Source: an uncultured delta proteobacterium (lineage in GTDB: Bacteria > Desulfobacterota > Binatia > UBA9968). From it: a stretch of DNA of 64,000 bases. The notes under the pieces are model-generated. The model saw only the letters and a list, made by a program, of their open reading frames with translations. It had not been told where the DNA came from and did not search any database. Location: positions 288,001-352,000 of the forward strand of contig CAWFJP010000030.1 in assembly GCA_963816145.1 (NCBI GenBank). The letters run 5' to 3'. The translations under genes were made by a program, and so were the position numbers. Below, one piece after another: positions 59,846 to 64,000 of this stretch; within the stretch, counting starts at the first letter, position 1; each line of letters begins with the position of its first letter.

Positions 59846-60784
59846 CTACCGATTGCCGGGGCAAACTCTAAAATCGGCCAACGCTGGGAACGCTTTTACC
59901 AGGGACTCGGGTGGCGCGGCGCCATCGTCGAGCCCCAGCGCCAGCTTGAGCATGAAGGCATTGGCCACCGCCTGGCCGCGCGCGTGGTTGTTGAAAAAAA
60001 CGTAGGACTTGGCGGTCGGCGCCTGGCCGCCAAGCTGCTTCAGTTTGGCCGCGAGCCGATGAATGTTTTCCGGCTGGTAGAAGTAATCGTAGCGCTCCCA
60101 GGCGCTGTCGTGGCGCCACCACTTTTCTCGATTGCGTCCGTGCAAGCGCAGATAGTTGAAATTGCCCTGCGCGGCAATCTCCTGATGGACCGAAGAGGGG
60201 AACTTGGGTTCGTCGATGAATGCCCAGGTAGCGTTGAATTTACCGAGTAGCGCTTCAGTTTCATCGCGCCGGTCGCTCCAGCTTTTGTGGCGTAGCTCGA
60301 CGACTTTGGGCGCCATAGTAAAATTCGCCAGCGCCGACTCCAGCCGTTCAACATTGGCTGCTTCAAATGAAAAACTCGCCGGATATTGAAACAGCAACGC
60401 GCCCAATCGCCTCGCTTCCGCCAAGGGCGCGATGCCTTCACTGAAGCGCTCGACATCGGTCTTGTCGAACGCCGTCCACTTGGAGCCCGGCAGCTTGCCG
60501 TCGCGACCGAGTTCCGTCGGATGGGTGAACTTTTGCCAGACTTTTGCCGTGAAGATGAAGTCCGCGGGAGTCTTCGCGAGCCAGCCGCGCGCCATCGCGG
60601 CGCTTGCTGGCCGGTAAAAGGTCGAATTGATCTCGACACAATTGAAATGCGCTGCGTAGAACTCCAATTCATCGACCCTTGTGCGCCCGGCCTTGGGATA
60701 AAACACGCCGCTCCAACCTTTGGGCGGCAGGCCGGGATAGGAATAGCCGCAGGTACCGATAAAATAGTGCGCTTCGTTGGTCAT
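59846..60784 (-). CDS. DUF72 family protein (YecE-like)
   Basis: IGTCGYSY, VEINSTFY, LLFQYP, ELRHKSW, YLRLHGRN, YDYFY, FFNNH. Confidence 0.93.
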   Translation of the reverse strand: MTNEAHYFIGTCGYSYPGLPPKGWSGVFYPKAGRTRVDELEFYAAHFNCVEINSTFYRPASAAMARGWLAKTPADFIFTAKVWQKFTHPTELGRDGKLPGSKWTAFDKTDVERFSEGIAPLAEARRLGALLFQYPASFSFEAANVERLESALANFTMAPKVVELRHKSWSDRRDETEALLGKFNATWAFIDEPKFPSSVHQEIAAQGNFNYLRLHGRNREKWWRHDSAWERYDYFYQPENIHRLAAKLKQLGGQAPTAKSYVFFNNHARGQAVANAFMLKLALGLDDGAAPPESLVKAFPALADFRVCPGNR

Positions 60785-60951
60785 CGAAAAAGCTCGTCAG
60801 CTATTGCCGGCGTTGCAGGCGCGGAAAACGCCTCTGATATTCCGATCTCAGCGGATTTGAAGATTTGCAACGCCAATTTTTTTCATCTAGGATATGCCGA
60901 GTTTCACGCCCATGGCAATTCCGCGCTAGTTATTTTGGAGGTTTCAAGCTC

Positions 60952-61776
60952 ATGGCAACGATGATCGCCAACGATTGTATCAACTGCGGCGCCTGCGAAC
61001 CCGAGTGTCCCAACAACGCGATTTCCCAGGGTGACCCGATTTTCGTCATCGATCCAAAGCTTTGCACGGAATGCGTCGGTTTTCACGACTACGAGGCCTG
61101 CGCGGCGGTTTGTCCGGTCGATGTCTGCATCACCGATCCCAATAACGTCGAGTCCGAAGAGGTTTTGATAGCACGGGCGCGCCAGCTTCATCCCGAGACC
61201 GACTTCGGTGATAGTTTCGAGTCGCGTTTTCGCAAGGGTCAAGGGAAGACGGCTGGAGCCACTGCAGCCCCTGCAGCCGCGGTTCAAGCCGCGGCCACAT
61301 CGGCCGGCCCAAGTGCGGCGCAAGCAGCGGCCGACGCCAGCGCGGTCTCGGCATTCGTCGAGGCCGATGTGAATTATGTCGAGCTGCCGCCCATCGACTC
61401 CTGGAACATTCCGCTGCGTTGCTACAAATGCAACGCCGTCCAGGAACAGAACGTCAAGAACTTCACCATCGGCAACGTAATCTTCTGCCCACATTGCCAC
61501 AAATCGACGGTTGTTCGGGACAATTTAAATTTTCATATCCGCACGCTGCTCAAAGACTCCTACGACAAGTGGGAAAACGAGCAACGGGAGTTCGTCGAAC
61601 GGCGCGAGCGTGAGCTGGCGCAATTCGTCGAGCGGCGCGCTAAAGACGCCGCCGCCTTCGAGGCACACCAGGAGCGCGAGCGCGAGCGCATCCGCGAACA
61701 ACTCGACATTATCGGCGACACCTACGACGCCGCCGGCAAACCTTACAAGAAGGGTTCGCGCTTTAGCTGGGGATGA
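60952..61776 (+). CDS. YfhL-type 4Fe-4S dicluster ferredoxin fused to a Zn-ribbon and coiled coil
   Basis: CINCGACEPECP, CTECVGFHDYEACAAVCPVD, Ala-rich linker, CYKC-x18-CPHC, E/R-rich helix; GGAGG RBS. Confidence 0.85.
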   Translation: MATMIANDCINCGACEPECPNNAISQGDPIFVIDPKLCTECVGFHDYEACAAVCPVDVCITDPNNVESEEVLIARARQLHPETDFGDSFESRFRKGQGKTAGATAAPAAAVQAAATSAGPSAAQAAADASAVSAFVEADVNYVELPPIDSWNIPLRCYKCNAVQEQNVKNFTIGNVIFCPHCHKSTVVRDNLNFHIRTLLKDSYDKWENEQREFVERRERELAQFVERRAKDAAAFEAHQERERERIREQLDIIGDTYDAAGKPYKKGSRFSWG

Positions 61777-61788
61777 TCCCACCGCCCC

Positions 61789-62262
61789 ATGTTCTACTCC
61801 TGGCTCCATTTGATCGCCCTGGTGGTCTACCTGGGGGCGGTCATCGGCTTTTGGCTCATGCTGCTGCCCGCAGTAGCAGTATTGGAGAATCATGACGAGA
61901 AGGTGCGATTTTTCGTCCGCGGCTTGAAGTTTTACAACCCCCTCCAGGTCGGCTCCCTGGGCATCATCTTGTTTACCGGAGCCTTCCAGCTCACCGAATT
62001 GAAAGCGGCATACCGCGAAAACTTTTTCAAATATCTCGAATACAACCTGTTCATAAAGTTGATCTTCGCCTTCCTGCTGGTCATGTTCAGCGTCTACCAG
62101 GCGCTTGGTATCGGCCATCGTTTCGTCCGGCGAACCGAAGGCGGCGACGAGGTCAGTCCCGAGCAGCTAAGCTCAATCATCAACCGCATGACCAGCGCCA
62201 ACTGGGGTATCCTGTTATTCGCCGCCATCACACTCTGGCTTGGGCTTCGGCTTCACCCGTAA
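61789..62262 (+). CDS. four-TM membrane protein (CopD/DUF4149-like)
   Basis: WLHLIALVVYLG, IILFTG, LFIKLIF, C-terminal TM; 12 bp after the ferredoxin fusion. Confidence 0.7.
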   Translation: MFYSWLHLIALVVYLGAVIGFWLMLLPAVAVLENHDEKVRFFVRGLKFYNPLQVGSLGIILFTGAFQLTELKAAYRENFFKYLEYNLFIKLIFAFLLVMFSVYQALGIGHRFVRRTEGGDEVSPEQLSSIINRMTSANWGILLFAAITLWLGLRLHP

Positions 62263-62338
62263 GCCGCCGCTGGCAAAACAGTTCTGACTAATGCTATGAC
62301 CCGCTTAGCAGCGCTTTACATTTCGAGAGGAAATTCCC

Positions 62339-63274
62339 ATGTCAAACAAAAGACTCCGGATCATTTATCGCTCCAATTCTCACGCGCCACTTTGGCTGGT
62401 TGCCGATAAATCGGGCTGCTGGCAAAAGAATGGTCTTGAAGTCGACACCTCGCCGCAACTCGTCCGCGAAAAAGCCGTCGAGTCGCTCAAGAACGGCAGT
62501 GTCGACCTGATCTCCGGCAATCATCATAATCTGTATGTCCGTAACGCCAAAAACGGCGAAGACTTCGTCCACCTGGCCCAGCCGACCAATAATTGGACTG
62601 AGAATAAACTGATCGTCCGGCCGGCAATTCGCTCGGTCCAGGATCTTAAAGGTAAAAAGATTGTCGCTGACAAGCTTACCTCCCACGCTGGCCTCAACAT
62701 TTGGCTGTTTTTGAAACAAGAAGGATTGGATGTCGACCGCGGCGACATCGAACTTATCGAGTTGCGCGGTTCGTCCGAAGATCGCTGGAAGAAGGTGTTG
62801 AGCGGCGAATACGACGCCACCTTCGTCACCATCCCGCATGACAGCCGCGCCGCCAAAGCGGGCGCTCACGTCATCACCGTGCGGGCAATTCCGATGATCC
62901 GCGGCGTTACGCTGACGACCACCACCGGCTTTGTGAGAAGTCATCCCGGCGAGATTCGCCTGCTGACCAAAGGTCTGGTCGATGCCATCCACTTTTTTCT
63001 CACCCGCAAACAGGAGACGCTGGAGATTCTCAAGGAGCACGCAACCCCAATCTTGAAGCTTCAAACCGACCAGGAAGTCGAAACCCTGTACGACGAATGG
63101 GCACAGTCTTTGGAGAAAAAGCCCTATCCGTCCCTTGAAGGGATTGCCAACGTTTTCCAGCTCGCCGTGCGGCGCGACCCCGAAATCGCCGGCTTCAATC
63201 CACTGGCGCTGTGGAACACCCACTTCGTGCGTGAGTTGGACGACAGTGGTTACATCGATAAACTCTATCACTAA
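62339..63274 (+). CDS. NMT1/SsuA-fold protein lacking a signal peptide
   Basis: WQKNGLEVD, SLKNGSVDL, DLKGKKI, ELDDSGYIDKLY. The N terminus MSNKRLRIIY starts directly at the fold. Confidence 0.82.
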   Translation: MSNKRLRIIYRSNSHAPLWLVADKSGCWQKNGLEVDTSPQLVREKAVESLKNGSVDLISGNHHNLYVRNAKNGEDFVHLAQPTNNWTENKLIVRPAIRSVQDLKGKKIVADKLTSHAGLNIWLFLKQEGLDVDRGDIELIELRGSSEDRWKKVLSGEYDATFVTIPHDSRAAKAGAHVITVRAIPMIRGVTLTTTTGFVRSHPGEIRLLTKGLVDAIHFFLTRKQETLEILKEHATPILKLQTDQEVETLYDEWAQSLEKKPYPSLEGIANVFQLAVRRDPEIAGFNPLALWNTHFVRELDDSGYIDKLYH

Positions 63275-63315
63275 ACCCGGACGCTGCCGCGTCCAGGGAT
63301 AAAATGCCGGCCCAT

Positions 63316-63349
63316 AAAAAAAGGCGGAGTCGAAGACTCCGCCTTTTTT
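63316..63349. terminator. bidirectional Rho-independent terminator
   Basis: AAAAAAAGGCGGAGTC-GAA-GACTCCGCCTTTTTT between convergent genes. Confidence 0.9.
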
Positions 63350-63378
63350 CGCTGCCCCCCGTGTTTCTTACAAAGAAA

Positions 63379-63999
63379 CTAGCGCTGGGTGATCTTCTCC
63401 CCGGCTGGCTCGGTCGTCGTCTGCGACGAGCGCGGCGCGGCTGGCTGCTGCGGCGCCGGAGCGGCCGCCTGCGAAGTGATGCCTTCGCGATAGACCAAGA
63501 TTTCCACGCGGCGGTTCTTAGCTCGGCCCTGGGCGTTGTTGTTTTCCGCTACCGGAGCGCTCTGGCCGTAGGACACCGGAATGACCTTCATCGGGTCCAT
63601 GCTCTTTTTCGTGATCAGATAACGGCTCACCGCATCGGCGCGCTTCTTGCCGAGTTCATAATTGTACTCTTCACTGCCGACGCTATCAGTATGGCCGGCG
63701 ACCAAAAAAATCGTTCCCTCCGCACCGGAAACATCGCCCTTGAGGTCGCTCAGGAAACCGTCGATCTCGCGCTGCGCCTGCTGTGGCAAGCTAGCCGAAT
63801 TAAACGCGAAGTTGGCGCCATCCTTCATGTCGATGACAATCTTGCGCTCCAGGCGAAGATTGGCGATGGCATTTAGAGCACGGTCAGCCTTGGCATCAAC
63901 CTGTCCGAGGCGGCCTTCAAATTGGCCAAGCTTACCTTCGACACCGGTCATACGGTTACCCAGACTACCGATCTGGCTGTCATGCCCATCCAAACGCCC
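63379..63999 (-). CDS. OmpA-family peptidoglycan-binding protein (5'-partial)
   Basis: FAFNSASL, GHTDSVGSEEYNYELGKKRA, SYG, NRRVEI. Heptad coiled coil upstream; frame open to the window edge. Confidence 0.9.
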   Translation of the reverse strand, partial: GRLDGHDSQIGSLGNRMTGVEGKLGQFEGRLGQVDAKADRALNAIANLRLERKIVIDMKDGANFAFNSASLPQQAQREIDGFLSDLKGDVSGAEGTIFLVAGHTDSVGSEEYNYELGKKRADAVSRYLITKKSMDPMKVIPVSYGQSAPVAENNNAQGRAKNRRVEILVYREGITSQAAAPAPQQPAAPRSSQTTTEPAGEKITQR

Positions 64000-64000
64000 T

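Overview
Bacterial chromosomal segment, mostly high-GC, with about 60 CDS and no rRNA, tRNA or CRISPR array. It carries 11 NMT1/SsuA-type solute-binding proteins with no permease, plus Rieske oxygenases, cupin, SDRs, a TPP enzyme, MaiA, ArgJ and Topo VI. This profile resembles Candidatus Binatia/Binatota-like soil bacteria (inference only). Two loci stand out. (1) A visibly lower-GC island (~20.1-24.4 kb) holds an enlarged IS630 transposase 6 bp upstream of a 767-aa PolA homologue. The 5'-nuclease and polymerase active sites of this homologue are destroyed while its 3'-5' exonuclease motifs are kept. The island lies between two diverged copies of the top6B 5' end. (2) A ferritin-like/ferredoxin/ferritin-like/ferredoxin operon (35.9-38.1 kb) in which only one ferritin-like chain keeps all six diiron ligands, suggesting an uncharacterised heteromeric diiron enzyme within a catabolic region. 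Intergenic DNA is dense in nested REP/MITE-like palindromes and 7-9 bp repeat hairpins. Four +1 frameshifts (DUF885, top6B twice, DUF3500) look like assembly errors. All family assignments come from motif recognition by eye, not database searches.
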